Shown one piece after another: positions 31,391-40,955 of a DNA stretch of 64,000 nucleotides. Both the position numbers and the translations under genes were made by a program. Positions within the stretch are counted from its first letter, which is position 1. Each line of letters starts with the position of its first letter. The stretch spans positions 2,012 to 66,011 of IMG/VR virus record IMGVR_UViG_3300025276_000033; one strand, written 5' to 3'. Under the pieces are notes generated by a model. The model worked only from the letters and a program-made list of their open reading frames with translations. It searched no databases and was not told the origin of the DNA. This stretch comes from a virus (lineage: Duplodnaviria; Caudoviricetes).

Positions 31391-31469
31391 GCTTTAACAT
31401 TAAAATATTTTTACAATAAAAGAACTTTAATATATAGAAAGTTATTAATAATATTACACATCTAAAAAA

Positions 31470-32282
31470 ATGAAAAAAGACGTAAGAGAAATACTTGTTA
31501 AGTTGTACGAAACAACAAAAGCACCTATAACATTTTTTGATATCGAATCAACAGGGATTGATAAAATAACTGATGAAGTTATAGAATTGTACATATGCAA
31601 ATATGATGGTAAAGAATTTATAGAAAATGATTCGTACTATAATAGTAATGTTCCAGTAAGAGAAGAGGCATTAGAAAAACACGGAATCACAAATGAATCA
31701 TTAGTAGGATATCCTTACTTTAGTGAAAAAGCAAAGTCTATTTATGAGAACTATTTTTCTAAAGGTACTATTCTTTGTGGGTACTGTTCTAATAGATTTG
31801 ACATTCCTTTTATTATCGAAAAATTTCTACAAGCAAAGATACCTAGTTCTGTAAATATTTTACAAAACAAAAGGATTGATGTGTACGATATATACAGACA
31901 ATTATATCCTAATACCTTAGAGGGTGTTCATTCCAGAGTTGTTGGTGGTGATATGGGCAAAGCACACGAAGCAAAAAGTGATGTTACTGCAACTATTGAA
32001 ATACTAGACAAGTTGATAGAAACTAAAGGTGATTATGAATTGATATCATCTTCGGATACTATTGATACAGATAATTTTTTCAGAAGAGAAGATAAAGATG
32101 TATTTTTTGCAAAAGGTAAATTGAAAGATGAAAACATATTGAAAATGGATTCTAAAGAATCGCTAGGATTTTTAAAGTGGATGACCAGGACTAAATCAAT
32201 TTCTATTCATAGCAGAACTATTGCAAATAGATTAATCGAAAAAATAGAAGAAAGTCTTATCGAGAAATCTATAACTTTTTAA
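31470..32282 (+). CDS. DEDDh 3'-5' exonuclease (DnaQ-like)
   Basis: FFDIESTG, HGIT, NRFDIPF and AHEAKSDV motifs. Confidence 0.88.
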   Translation: MKKDVREILVKLYETTKAPITFFDIESTGIDKITDEVIELYICKYDGKEFIENDSYYNSNVPVREEALEKHGITNESLVGYPYFSEKAKSIYENYFSKGTILCGYCSNRFDIPFIIEKFLQAKIPSSVNILQNKRIDVYDIYRQLYPNTLEGVHSRVVGGDMGKAHEAKSDVTATIEILDKLIETKGDYELISSSDTIDTDNFFRREDKDVFFAKGKLKDENILKMDSKESLGFLKWMTRTKSISIHSRTIANRLIEKIEESLIEKSITF

Positions 32283-32620
32283 TGAAATATCTTTTATATT
32301 TTTTATTACTGATATTGACTGATGTCATTATCTGGTTTCAAGGAGTTTCTCCGATTAGATTTGCATCTTTTTTATCTAAGTACACTTTCGTAGTTTATCT
32401 TGTAGGATTAGGTGCCAGTATTTTTTTCGTAGAAGCAACAAAAGCCGGAGCAATTATTTTTGATAGTGCCTGGACCTTGCGTTTCATTGGATTTAGTGTT
32501 AACACTATTGTTTTTGGAATACTTACACATTTTTTCATAGGTGCAGATTTTAGCCCCAAGACATTAGTTTGTCTGGGGCTAAGTTTAGTTATAGTTTTAG
32601 TGCAATGTTTCTGGAAATAG
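32282..32620 (+). CDS. Small 4-TM membrane protein (DMT/SMR-like size)
   Basis: Four hydrophobic segments in 112 aa. Confidence 0.6.
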   Translation: MKYLLYFLLLILTDVIIWFQGVSPIRFASFLSKYTFVVYLVGLGASIFFVEATKAGAIIFDSAWTLRFIGFSVNTIVFGILTHFFIGADFSPKTLVCLGLSLVIVLVQCFWK

Positions 32621-32651
32621 ATGAGTTAAATAAGGAAACAAATAGTAAATT

Positions 32652-34046
32652 ATGAAAGGATTAGATATTTTTAGAAAAGAACTAAAAGGAATAAATGAAA
32701 GTGCGTCTGTCAAAGATTTAGCATTAGTAATGCCAGGTGATATTGCAATTGATAAAAAAGGTAACGGATTCAAAGTTATTGATTCCGGTGTTTTGGATTG
32801 GTCGGACCCGGAACTTGTTGAAATATTTACAAATCATGACAAGAATATCAAAAAGAAATTTAGTAAATTCAGTGACATAGGAGTTATTGTTATCAACAAA
32901 AATGGAAAATCATCGGTTGAAGATTCTGACGATTACAAAGTTTATGAAAGTGAACTAAACGAAAAAATATCTGAAAAGGATTTTGAAAATATTAGAACTG
33001 GAGATATAGCAATTTCTAAAAAAGGAGAAATTTTAAAAGTACTTGCAGCAGGACCACTTTGGCACGAAGACCCAAACGATGGTATCAATTATACAGACAT
33101 GGCAAAATATGACAAGAATGTTAACAATAAAATTGTTGATGGTGAACTTGTTATTGCTGTTGAAGATATGAAAGGTAGAACTTCTGTTGTAGTTTATGAT
33201 GCTGATGCTGGCGCGATAATTTACGAAAATGAAGTTTTTGAATTAAACGAAAAACTTATCACATTCGGAGGTAAAGCATATCCTAAATTTGGAAATGCAG
33301 TTTTACTTGCTGGTGGTGCTGGTTCTGGTAAAGGTTTCGTAAAAGATAACCTTATGGGAATCGAAGGTCAAGTTTATGATGTTGATGAAGTTAAAGCATT
33401 GGCATTAAAATCTGATATGATTAAGAAAATGGCAATGAAAGCAACAGGAAAAGATATTTCAAAATTCAATTTGAAAAATCCTAATGATGTTAGTGCTTTA
33501 CATACAATCTTAGATGAAGAATTAAATGTAATTGATAAAAGAAAACTTGCAAGATATGCTGGTATTTTAATGGCACCGGCAGATAGAAAACCAAATCTTA
33601 TTTTTGATGTTACATTAAAGAACTTAAACAAATTAAGAAGTATTTCAGCTGACATAGAATCTTTAGGATACAAAAAAATAAATACACATCTTGTTTGGGT
33701 TATCAATTCTTACAATGTTGCAATAAATCAAAATAAAGAAAGAAGTAGACAAGTTCCAGAAGAAATTTTAATGGATACTCATAGAGGCGCTGCACAAACA
33801 GCAAAAGATATTCTTGATATGGGTAAAGACATTAAAAAATATTTAGATGGTGATGTTTGGTATGCATTCAACAAAAGAGGTGTTGATTCTACAATAGCTA
33901 AATCTGGTAAAGGAGGGTCTTATATTAAAGATGCTAATTACATTAAAGTAAAAGAAGCTGGAAAAGGTATTGATGCTAAAAAAGTAACTGCCGATGTTAA
34001 GAAGAAAATTGCTGGATATGTTCCACCAAGTAATTATTGGGGATAA
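32652..34046 (+). CDS. P-loop kinase (zeta-toxin/AAA_33-like) preceded by two repeated small domains and xNE sites
   Basis: LLAGGAGSGKG, DVDE, LIFDVT and RSRQVP motifs; GDIAI(D/S)KKG repeated; TTAAATA upstream. Confidence 0.75.
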   Translation: MKGLDIFRKELKGINESASVKDLALVMPGDIAIDKKGNGFKVIDSGVLDWSDPELVEIFTNHDKNIKKKFSKFSDIGVIVINKNGKSSVEDSDDYKVYESELNEKISEKDFENIRTGDIAISKKGEILKVLAAGPLWHEDPNDGINYTDMAKYDKNVNNKIVDGELVIAVEDMKGRTSVVVYDADAGAIIYENEVFELNEKLITFGGKAYPKFGNAVLLAGGAGSGKGFVKDNLMGIEGQVYDVDEVKALALKSDMIKKMAMKATGKDISKFNLKNPNDVSALHTILDEELNVIDKRKLARYAGILMAPADRKPNLIFDVTLKNLNKLRSISADIESLGYKKINTHLVWVINSYNVAINQNKERSRQVPEEILMDTHRGAAQTAKDILDMGKDIKKYLDGDVWYAFNKRGVDSTIAKSGKGGSYIKDANYIKVKEAGKGIDAKKVTADVKKKIAGYVPPSNYWG

Positions 34047-34061
34047 AAATAAACACATGAT

Positions 34062-34340
34062 TTGAAAAGTCTTAAAGAACACAGTGAAGAACATAATCTT
34101 CTTAAACAAAAGTCGATACAAAATATAATAAATGCCTTAGGTGATAAACATAAATCTATTTTAGAAAATGTTACAAGGGATGAAACTTATTTTTGGGCAG
34201 TCCATGCAGATTTATATGATATGTTAAATAAAGCATCGAATCCTGTAAAGTTTGCAAAAGATTTGTATAAAAAGATAACAGACAAAAGAAGAATATCAGC
34301 ATTAGAATATTTTTTAGATATGTTTAAAAATAAAAAATAA
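34062..34340 (+). CDS. Hypothetical protein with a degenerate tag (KSLKEHSEE)
   Basis: TTG start; lies within the tagged cluster. Confidence 0.5.
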   Translation: MKSLKEHSEEHNLLKQKSIQNIINALGDKHKSILENVTRDETYFWAVHADLYDMLNKASNPVKFAKDLYKKITDKRRISALEYFLDMFKNKK

Positions 34341-34347
34341 AAAAGAT

Positions 34348-34659
34348 ATGAAACCTTTAAATGAATTTTTTAATAGGAAAAAGGAAGGCGAAATGATAAC
34401 CAATTTCAAGGATTTGAAAAAAGGTATGTCTGTGCAATTAGATTATCCTAAATTTCCTCTTTATAGTTCACAGTATAGTGTAAAAGATAAAGGTACTTTG
34501 AAATCACTTTTTGATAAATACGACCCTATTAATATACGAATAGAATTAGATAATGGTGAAAAAGTAGATTGGAAAGCAAATGCATTTGCAACTAATAATA
34601 TTACTGGTGAAACATTTGTGTTTGTATTTGATGAATGTGAAAATATAGAAATATTTTAA
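34348..34659 (+). CDS. Tagged putative internal protein (MKPLNEFFN), SH3-like
   Basis: Tag; KDLKKGMSV pattern. Confidence 0.65.
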   Translation: MKPLNEFFNRKKEGEMITNFKDLKKGMSVQLDYPKFPLYSSQYSVKDKGTLKSLFDKYDPINIRIELDNGEKVDWKANAFATNNITGETFVFVFDECENIEIF

Positions 34660-34680
34660 AAAAATAAAAATAAAAAAGAT

Positions 34681-34959
34681 ATGAAACCATTAAACGAATT
34701 TCTTAACGAAGGAAAATACCAAAAAGTTTGGCAAACAGAAAAATATATAAATGCTGATGGTATTGAATTAGTAGGTGATAAACACGCTAGTCCAGCTGAC
34801 CAAGTATATCAAATTAATAAAAATAAAAAACAAGTAGGTTCATTTAGTTTTGATAGAGAAACTGATGGTTATTGGTTGTCAGCACCGTCTTTAGGATTTG
34901 AACAAGAATCTTTTGATACTATTGATGGCATAATCAAATTTGTAAAAAAGAATCTGTAA
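34681..34959 (+). CDS. LNEFLNE-tagged putative internal head protein
   Basis: MKPLNEFLNEG. Confidence 0.7.
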   Translation: MKPLNEFLNEGKYQKVWQTEKYINADGIELVGDKHASPADQVYQINKNKKQVGSFSFDRETDGYWLSAPSLGFEQESFDTIDGIIKFVKKNL

Positions 34960-34964
34960 CAAGT

Positions 34965-35291
34965 ATGAAAGCTTTAAATGAATTTCTTAACGAAGGAAAA
35001 AAACTGTCGATAGATTATAATATAGACCCAGAAAAGAATTGGTCAGCTATTTCTGATATACTTATGGGTATTAAAGATAAAAAATCAGCTAAAGAATTTA
35101 TTGATGAATATGAAAATTATGTAAAGAACATTTACAAAGATGAAAAAATGGTGCAATATGGTAATTTAGTTTATGCTGCAATTGAATCTATTTGGCACAA
35201 TATTGACGAATGGGAAGGTACAGAAGATGCATATCCATTATCAAGTGATGTTTGGCAAAAGATTGTATCCAAAAAAACAGATAATTTATAA
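34965..35291 (+). CDS. LNEFLNE-tagged putative internal head protein
   Basis: MKALNEFLNEG. Confidence 0.7.
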   Translation: MKALNEFLNEGKKLSIDYNIDPEKNWSAISDILMGIKDKKSAKEFIDEYENYVKNIYKDEKMVQYGNLVYAAIESIWHNIDEWEGTEDAYPLSSDVWQKIVSKKTDNL

Positions 35292-35405
35292 GTATTTTGA
35301 TAGTAAAAATTTCACTGGTAATTATAGCTTTAATTATTGTTACCTGTACAACTCGTAAATCTGAAAGAGAACGAAAGAAAAAAGAAAACTTAAACAAATA
35401 AATTT

Positions 35406-35437
35406 AAAGGGAACTAAAATATTAGTTCCCTTTTTTT
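35406..35437 (+). terminator. Rho-independent terminator
   Basis: AAAGGGAACTAA-aata-TTAGTTCCC followed by a T-run. Confidence 0.85.
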
Positions 35438-35469
35438 GTTTTAATATGTATAACTAAAAAAGATAAAAC

Positions 35470-36036
35470 ATGAGTACAGAAGGATTACCGTTACCTATGG
35501 AAAGAACACTAATGTTTAATAAACAAGTTGACCAACTTACAATAGGAAATATTACTAAAAAGATTTTAGATATTAATGCTGACGATGCATACCTAAAGAA
35601 ATTATACAAAATCAATGGTTTGAAATATAATAAACCACCTATTGAAATTTTTATAGATTCTTACGGTGGATATGTTTATCAAATCCTCGGATTGGTTTCA
35701 GTAATGCAAAATTCAAAAACCCCTATTCATACAATATGTACAGGAGCCGCAATGAGTTGTGGATTTATTATGCTTATTTGTGGTCACAAAAGATTTGCAC
35801 ATAAACATTCAACACCTTTGTATCATCAAGTTTCTGGTGGGACTGTTGGAACAGTTAAAGAAATGAAAGAAAAGGTTGAGCAATCTTCTAAACTACAAGA
35901 TAAATTAGAACAACTAACTTTAGAAAATACTAACATTACTAAGAAACAACTAAAGAAAGTTTACAAAAGAAAATTAGATTGGTATTTAGAATCTAATGAG
36001 GCATTAGAGTTAGGAGTAGTTGATGAAATAATCTAA
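35470..36036 (+). CDS. ClpP-like protease
   Basis: IDSYGG, GAAMSCG, YHQ and EALELGVVDEI motifs. Confidence 0.85.
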   Translation: MSTEGLPLPMERTLMFNKQVDQLTIGNITKKILDINADDAYLKKLYKINGLKYNKPPIEIFIDSYGGYVYQILGLVSVMQNSKTPIHTICTGAAMSCGFIMLICGHKRFAHKHSTPLYHQVSGGTVGTVKEMKEKVEQSSKLQDKLEQLTLENTNITKKQLKKVYKRKLDWYLESNEALELGVVDEII

Positions 36037-36042
36037 GAGCAT

Positions 36043-37065
36043 ATGAGTTTAAATAAAACAGATAAAGTATATCATGACCTTTTAAAAGATATCCTAAAAA
36101 ATGGTCACGATAAAGGAGATCGAACCGGCACAGGAACAAAGTCTGTATTCGGTAGGCAAATTCGTTTTGATATGAAAGATGGATTTCCACTATTAACGAC
36201 CAAGAAACTACATACAAAATCTATCATCCACGAATTGATATGGTTTTTAAGTGGCGATACTAATATAGAATACTTGCAAGAAAATAGGGTTTCTATTTGG
36301 GATGAATGGGCAGACCCGATGGGTGACCTCGGTCCTGTGTATGGAAAACAATGGGTTGATTGGTCAGGAAAAACTCAAATGGGATTGAGTGCAAAAAAGA
36401 ATGCTGAAGGATATTATGAATACGTTAAAAGTAAAACAACCGGCATCAATCAAATTAAAAATTTAATTAATTCGTTGGTATGTTCTCCAGATTCTCGTAG
36501 AATTATGGTAAGTGCTTGGAATGTTGGAGAAATCGGACAAATGGCATTACCACCTTGTCATTATGGATTTCAAGTTTGGACTAGAGAGTTGAGTGAAATT
36601 GAAAGATTTGAAATTTCTCTTAAAAGTGGGGACACACCAAAGGGTTGGGGGACAATATCTTGGGTACGAGATAAAGAATGGAATCCTAATAATGAAACTG
36701 TGATAGAGGTTATGAATAGGTTAAACATACCTAGAAGAGAAATCTCTCTAATGTGGAATCAAAGAAGTGTTGATACTGGATTAGGATTACCTTTTAATAT
36801 TGCAAGTTACGGTTTATTACTTGAAATGATTGCACAACAAACTAATATGATTGCTGGTGAATTGATTGGTAACTTAGGAGATGTTCATATATATGACAAT
36901 CATATAGAACAAATTCAAGAACAATTGACCAGAGAATCTAAAACAGATGTTTTACCTAAATTAAAGTTAAACAAAGTTGATACTATATTCGATTATAAAT
37001 TTGAAGATTTTGAAATAGTAGATTACGATGCACACTCAACAATCAAAATGCCAATAGCAGTTTAA
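36043..37065 (+). CDS. thyA: Thymidylate synthase
   Basis: DRTGTGT, FPLLTTKK, LGPVYG, SRR, ALPPCH, QRSVD, GLPFNIASY and HIY motifs. Confidence 0.95.
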   Translation: MSLNKTDKVYHDLLKDILKNGHDKGDRTGTGTKSVFGRQIRFDMKDGFPLLTTKKLHTKSIIHELIWFLSGDTNIEYLQENRVSIWDEWADPMGDLGPVYGKQWVDWSGKTQMGLSAKKNAEGYYEYVKSKTTGINQIKNLINSLVCSPDSRRIMVSAWNVGEIGQMALPPCHYGFQVWTRELSEIERFEISLKSGDTPKGWGTISWVRDKEWNPNNETVIEVMNRLNIPRREISLMWNQRSVDTGLGLPFNIASYGLLLEMIAQQTNMIAGELIGNLGDVHIYDNHIEQIQEQLTRESKTDVLPKLKLNKVDTIFDYKFEDFEIVDYDAHSTIKMPIAV

Positions 37066-37066
37066 T

Positions 37067-37336
37067 ATGAAAAAATTTCAAGATTGCAATAGAATAGTAA
37101 AGATATGGAGGTACAGATGGTACCTCTATATTCCTTTTAAATTTATAAGACAATATGCATTACTAAAGTTCGAAGACATTGTTTCAAACGAACAGGAATT
37201 CAAAATAAATGCAAAAACTCTGTGGTCTCTTTTGGTGGGTTGTGCTCAATATGATATGAAATGGTACTATACATCGGATGAAGTTGAAGATGTTTTTAAA
37301 TCAAGAATAAAAACCAAGTTAGATAAAAGAAAATGA
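37067..37336 (+). CDS. Hypothetical protein
   Basis: ORF in operon. Confidence 0.55.
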   Translation: MKKFQDCNRIVKIWRYRWYLYIPFKFIRQYALLKFEDIVSNEQEFKINAKTLWSLLVGCAQYDMKWYYTSDEVEDVFKSRIKTKLDKRK

Positions 37337-37839
37337 GAATAAATACCCTTATTGATAAGTTGTGCGTAAAAGACGAATTAGACAAAGAGGATTTAGTAAT
37401 AATAAATTCCTTACTGAAAGAAAAATATTCGGAATCTAAAAAATATAATTCAAAAGTATTAATAGATTCTATTTCTTTGATCCATCAGTCGATCACTAAA
37501 AAAAGTAATATTGTTTATATTTCTGCAGACTATAAAGATTGTATTGAGGTTAAAAACAAAATACTAGAATTGATAACAAATTCTAAGATACCCAAGAAAA
37601 AAACTTTAATTTCTAAAAAAAGAATTTCTGTACCTTTGTGTAAAGATAAAATAGTATTTTCTAATGGTAGTAAAATAATGTTTATTCCTGTCAGAGTTAC
37701 ATTACCAGGAGTTGAAATGGATTGGTTGCTTATAAATGATATTAAAATGATAGACCCGGATAAATATACAAAATTATTTATGAATGGATATTCTACCCTA
37801 AAATCTTCTAGTAATGTCAAATTAACACTTTCTCCTTAA
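37333..37839 (+). CDS. Hypothetical protein with a terminase-ATPase-like fragment
   Basis: IVFSNGSKI...GVEMDWLLIND. Confidence 0.5.
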   Translation: MRINTLIDKLCVKDELDKEDLVIINSLLKEKYSESKKYNSKVLIDSISLIHQSITKKSNIVYISADYKDCIEVKNKILELITNSKIPKKKTLISKKRISVPLCKDKIVFSNGSKIMFIPVRVTLPGVEMDWLLINDIKMIDPDKYTKLFMNGYSTLKSSSNVKLTLSP

Positions 37840-37864
37840 TTAAATATTAAAACTAACATTACAA

Positions 37865-38851
37865 ATGAAAGATTATAGACAATTCTTATTCGAATCAGCA
37901 TCAAAAAATAAAAAAATTCAATGGATTAAGAATGCTCCGGTATCATCTTCTGTTGAAAGTAAAGTTCTTAAAGGATTGATTGAAGATTCTACTGACAATT
38001 TCTATGAAACATATTTTACTGCCGATAACGATGTTCCGGTTCTATCAAATGAAAAACCTATACTGTTATATTATGCCGACAAAGAAAGAGAAATAGGAGA
38101 TAAATATCTTTCTGAAAATGACATAACACAAGATGATGTTTACAACAGGACTGAGGAAATGGTCAAGAGTATGCAAAAGAAAGATTGGCACGAACTTCTT
38201 GGTGATAAGGATTGGTTACCGAAAACTTTGACATCTACTAAAGGAATTGATACTTTAGAATTTCCTATAATTGCAAAACCGAGCGAAGGGCATTCTGGAA
38301 TAGGAATTATGAAATTCGACAATATAGAAGATTGTCAAAAAGAATTGAACAAGAAAGATTGTAAACTCGATGTGTTCAGTGAAATGATAAAAGACATTGA
38401 TACTGAATATAGATTTATTTTTGTAAAAGATAAATTATTCTTAGTACATGAAAGAATCCCAATAGAATCTGAAAACAAAACAATATTAACTAAAGACCCA
38501 GACGAAAGTTTAAAGTTTTTGTATGTTGAGCAAGATTTAGAAAACGAAAACTACGATGTTGCAAAAATAGTTAAAGAATTTAGAAAAGATATTGACTTAG
38601 ATTTTTATGCATTGGATATTATGTTGGATAAGAACGGAAAATACTGGATTATAGAATCAAATAGTGCAATTGGTATGGGTGGAAACACTCTTGCAAGAAC
38701 ATACGAAGCAATTTGTAAAGATTACTATGGTAGTATTCCTGACGATAAAAAAGAATTGATTGAAAGAATTTGTGGGGACTACTATACTGAAATAAACAAG
38801 ATGTATCCAAAAGAAATAAAAAAGTCAAAAAATCCTAAAATATATAAATAA
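37865..38851 (+). CDS. ATP-grasp (RimK-like) ligase with a tag-like N-terminus
   Basis: LPKT, FPIIAKPSEGHSGIGI, EYR, ALDIM and IIESNS motifs; MKDYRQFLFES; TTAAATA upstream. Confidence 0.8.
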   Translation: MKDYRQFLFESASKNKKIQWIKNAPVSSSVESKVLKGLIEDSTDNFYETYFTADNDVPVLSNEKPILLYYADKEREIGDKYLSENDITQDDVYNRTEEMVKSMQKKDWHELLGDKDWLPKTLTSTKGIDTLEFPIIAKPSEGHSGIGIMKFDNIEDCQKELNKKDCKLDVFSEMIKDIDTEYRFIFVKDKLFLVHERIPIESENKTILTKDPDESLKFLYVEQDLENENYDVAKIVKEFRKDIDLDFYALDIMLDKNGKYWIIESNSAIGMGGNTLARTYEAICKDYYGSIPDDKKELIERICGDYYTEINKMYPKEIKKSKNPKIYK

Positions 38852-38854
38852 AAG

Positions 38855-38883
38855 TTGCAAAAGTCATTTGAATTTTGTATATT
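38855..38883 (+). promoter_or_regulatory. Early-type promoter TTGCAA-N17-TATATT
   Basis: Repeated motif. Confidence 0.65.
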
Positions 38884-38895
38884 AAATAATGAACT

Positions 38896-39090
38896 ATGAA
38901 AGAAAAAGAAATAGTTGAAAAACTGAATGAAAAATATAAAGGAAAATTTATATTTGAAGTTACCGATGACGGTAGTGATATCGTAGGATTTGTTGATGAC
39001 AACACATTTAATAATGTGATTGCAGTTATCGAACCTACCGTATCAGAAATGAATAAATTAATATCACATATATCAAGTTCTAAAACATAA
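38896..39090 (+). CDS. Hypothetical protein
   Basis: ORF behind the promoter. Confidence 0.55.
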   Translation: MKEKEIVEKLNEKYKGKFIFEVTDDGSDIVGFVDDNTFNNVIAVIEPTVSEMNKLISHISSSKT

Positions 39091-39099
39091 ATTTAAAAT

Positions 39100-39693
39100 A
39101 TGATAAGACATAAAAGTTTATTCAAAACAAGTTTTTTTATCCTTTTAAATACAATCATAATTTTAACAATGTGTTCATCTAGTTGTGAACAACCAAGAAA
39201 AACAAAAAGTGTATGTTTCGACAATTGCATTGAAGATTCTGTTACAACCGAAAAAAACTTAGATGCATTTTTACATCTATTGGCATTTAGAGAATCTACT
39301 AATAACTGGAAAGTTATAAATAGGTTCGGTTATATGGGAAAATATCAATTAGGAAAACTTGCACTTACTGATGTAGGTATGGATTCTATTACAGTAAAAA
39401 AGTTTAGAAAAAATAGAAATTCTTTTCCAGAACACTTACAAGATATTGCAATAAAAAAATACATAAAAAAGAACAAGTGGTATCTTAGAAGATACATCAA
39501 GAAATATAACAACAAAACAATCAAAGGAATAAAGGTAACAGAAAGTGGTATAATTGGTGCAGCGCATTTAGTAGGACAAAGAAGTGTCAAACAATGGTTA
39601 AGAAAAAACGGTAAAATTAAAAAAGTAGATGGGAACGGTGTTAATTTAGAATCCTACCTTATATTATTTTCTGGTTATAATTTATCAAAATAG
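39100..39693 (+). CDS. Lysozyme-fold peptidoglycan hydrolase with an N-terminal TM/lipoprotein signal
   Basis: AFRESTNN, NRFGYMGKYQ and AAHLVG motifs. Confidence 0.75.
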   Translation: MIRHKSLFKTSFFILLNTIIILTMCSSSCEQPRKTKSVCFDNCIEDSVTTEKNLDAFLHLLAFRESTNNWKVINRFGYMGKYQLGKLALTDVGMDSITVKKFRKNRNSFPEHLQDIAIKKYIKKNKWYLRRYIKKYNNKTIKGIKVTESGIIGAAHLVGQRSVKQWLRKNGKIKKVDGNGVNLESYLILFSGYNLSK

Positions 39694-39695
39694 AA

Positions 39696-39977
39696 ATGTC
39701 TGAAAACAAAACCCCAGCTGAAATATTAAAAGATACAAAAACGGTTATAGTTGAATATGAAAAACGCATACTATCAAGAAAACCTTTTGCTGCATCAGTA
39801 GAATTTTTCAATGGCAATGATGAACCAATTATTGGCATTAGAATAAGTGCATTAGAAGTTGATATCATATTAAACTACATCATAAAAAATCACGATGAAA
39901 TTATGGTATACGATACAAACCTATCTAATATATTAATACCATCTACACAAAAACTATATGAATTAATATTAGATTAA
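39696..39977 (+). CDS. Hypothetical protein
   Basis: ORF. Confidence 0.5.
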   Translation: MSENKTPAEILKDTKTVIVEYEKRILSRKPFAASVEFFNGNDEPIIGIRISALEVDIILNYIIKNHDEIMVYDTNLSNILIPSTQKLYELILD

Positions 39978-39999
39978 ATAAACAAATAAAGATTAAGAA

Positions 40000-40878
40000 A
40001 TGAAGAACGTAAAAGACTATAACAATTTACTAAACGAAGGAAAAAACGACAAGAAAATTAAAGAACTTGAAAAGGAAATCAAGTCTTTAAAAGATGAAAA
40101 CGAAGAAGGGTTTGAAACTGAGATCAAAGAATTAGAATTTGAGTTAGGTGAATTGAAAGAATCAGAGAATTTTGCTGATAATCCTTCGATGAACGAATCT
40201 AAAGTATTAACTGGTGAAGAAGTTGCAAAAGCACTAAGAAAACTTGACCAGAAATATGATGGTGTTGTGAGTAAAGACTTCATTATAAAAGTAAAAAGAT
40301 TAAAAAGGGTTACTAAAGAGACTCTAGAAAAAATGGGAGCTAAAGGAAAAATTCTGGATGATATATTTGATTTATTAAAAGAAGGAAAAGAGGATTTTGC
40401 TGGATGGGTTGCAATCTACAATAACAATAGAATTGAAATTGATAAATCAGAAGCAGACGGTATATATCAAGCAAAACAAATTGCAATTAAAAAATTAAAA
40501 GTTCCTAAATCAAAAGTAGGTTTACTTGCAATTGCTCCAGGTTATAATGAATCAATGCACGAAGGTAAAAATGATAAAATGCAGAAATCTATTGATGCAT
40601 TAGAAAAAGATGCTCGTAAATTACTTGCTCCGATAGAGGTTGCTGATTTTATTTCTCGTCTTGACAAACTAAGACAATTCATAAAAGGTAATCTTGTTTT
40701 AGAAGATGAAGTTAATGAAGGTAAAAATGATTACAGTGCTAGATTTGGCAAAACCGATATTACTATCAAAAATGGTCACAAGTTAACAGACGAAGATTCT
40801 TTGTATGATATGTATGAAAAAATAGGTAAAGTTATCAAAGATTCTGGATTAGACTTAGGTTCAGTAATTATAAAATAA
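40000..40878 (+). CDS. Tagged putative internal head polyprotein
   Basis: MKNVKDYNNLLNEG; internal MNES, LKEGK, YNES, MHEGKND and VNEGKND; TTAAATA upstream. Confidence 0.65.
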   Translation: MKNVKDYNNLLNEGKNDKKIKELEKEIKSLKDENEEGFETEIKELEFELGELKESENFADNPSMNESKVLTGEEVAKALRKLDQKYDGVVSKDFIIKVKRLKRVTKETLEKMGAKGKILDDIFDLLKEGKEDFAGWVAIYNNNRIEIDKSEADGIYQAKQIAIKKLKVPKSKVGLLAIAPGYNESMHEGKNDKMQKSIDALEKDARKLLAPIEVADFISRLDKLRQFIKGNLVLEDEVNEGKNDYSARFGKTDITIKNGHKLTDEDSLYDMYEKIGKVIKDSGLDLGSVIIK

Positions 40879-40900
40879 TAACAAATAAATCATATTAATT

Positions 40901-40932
40901 AAAAAGGACTAAAATATTTTGGTCCTTTTTTT
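40901..40932 (+). terminator. Rho-independent terminator
   Basis: AAAAAGGAC...GTCC followed by a T-run. Confidence 0.8.
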
Positions 40933-40955
40933 GTTTTAATAGTAAAGATTACTAT

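Noticed and set aside
36043-37065. Intron or intein in thyA
   Set aside because: The frame is continuous, and the extra segments are short in-frame insertions without splicing motifs
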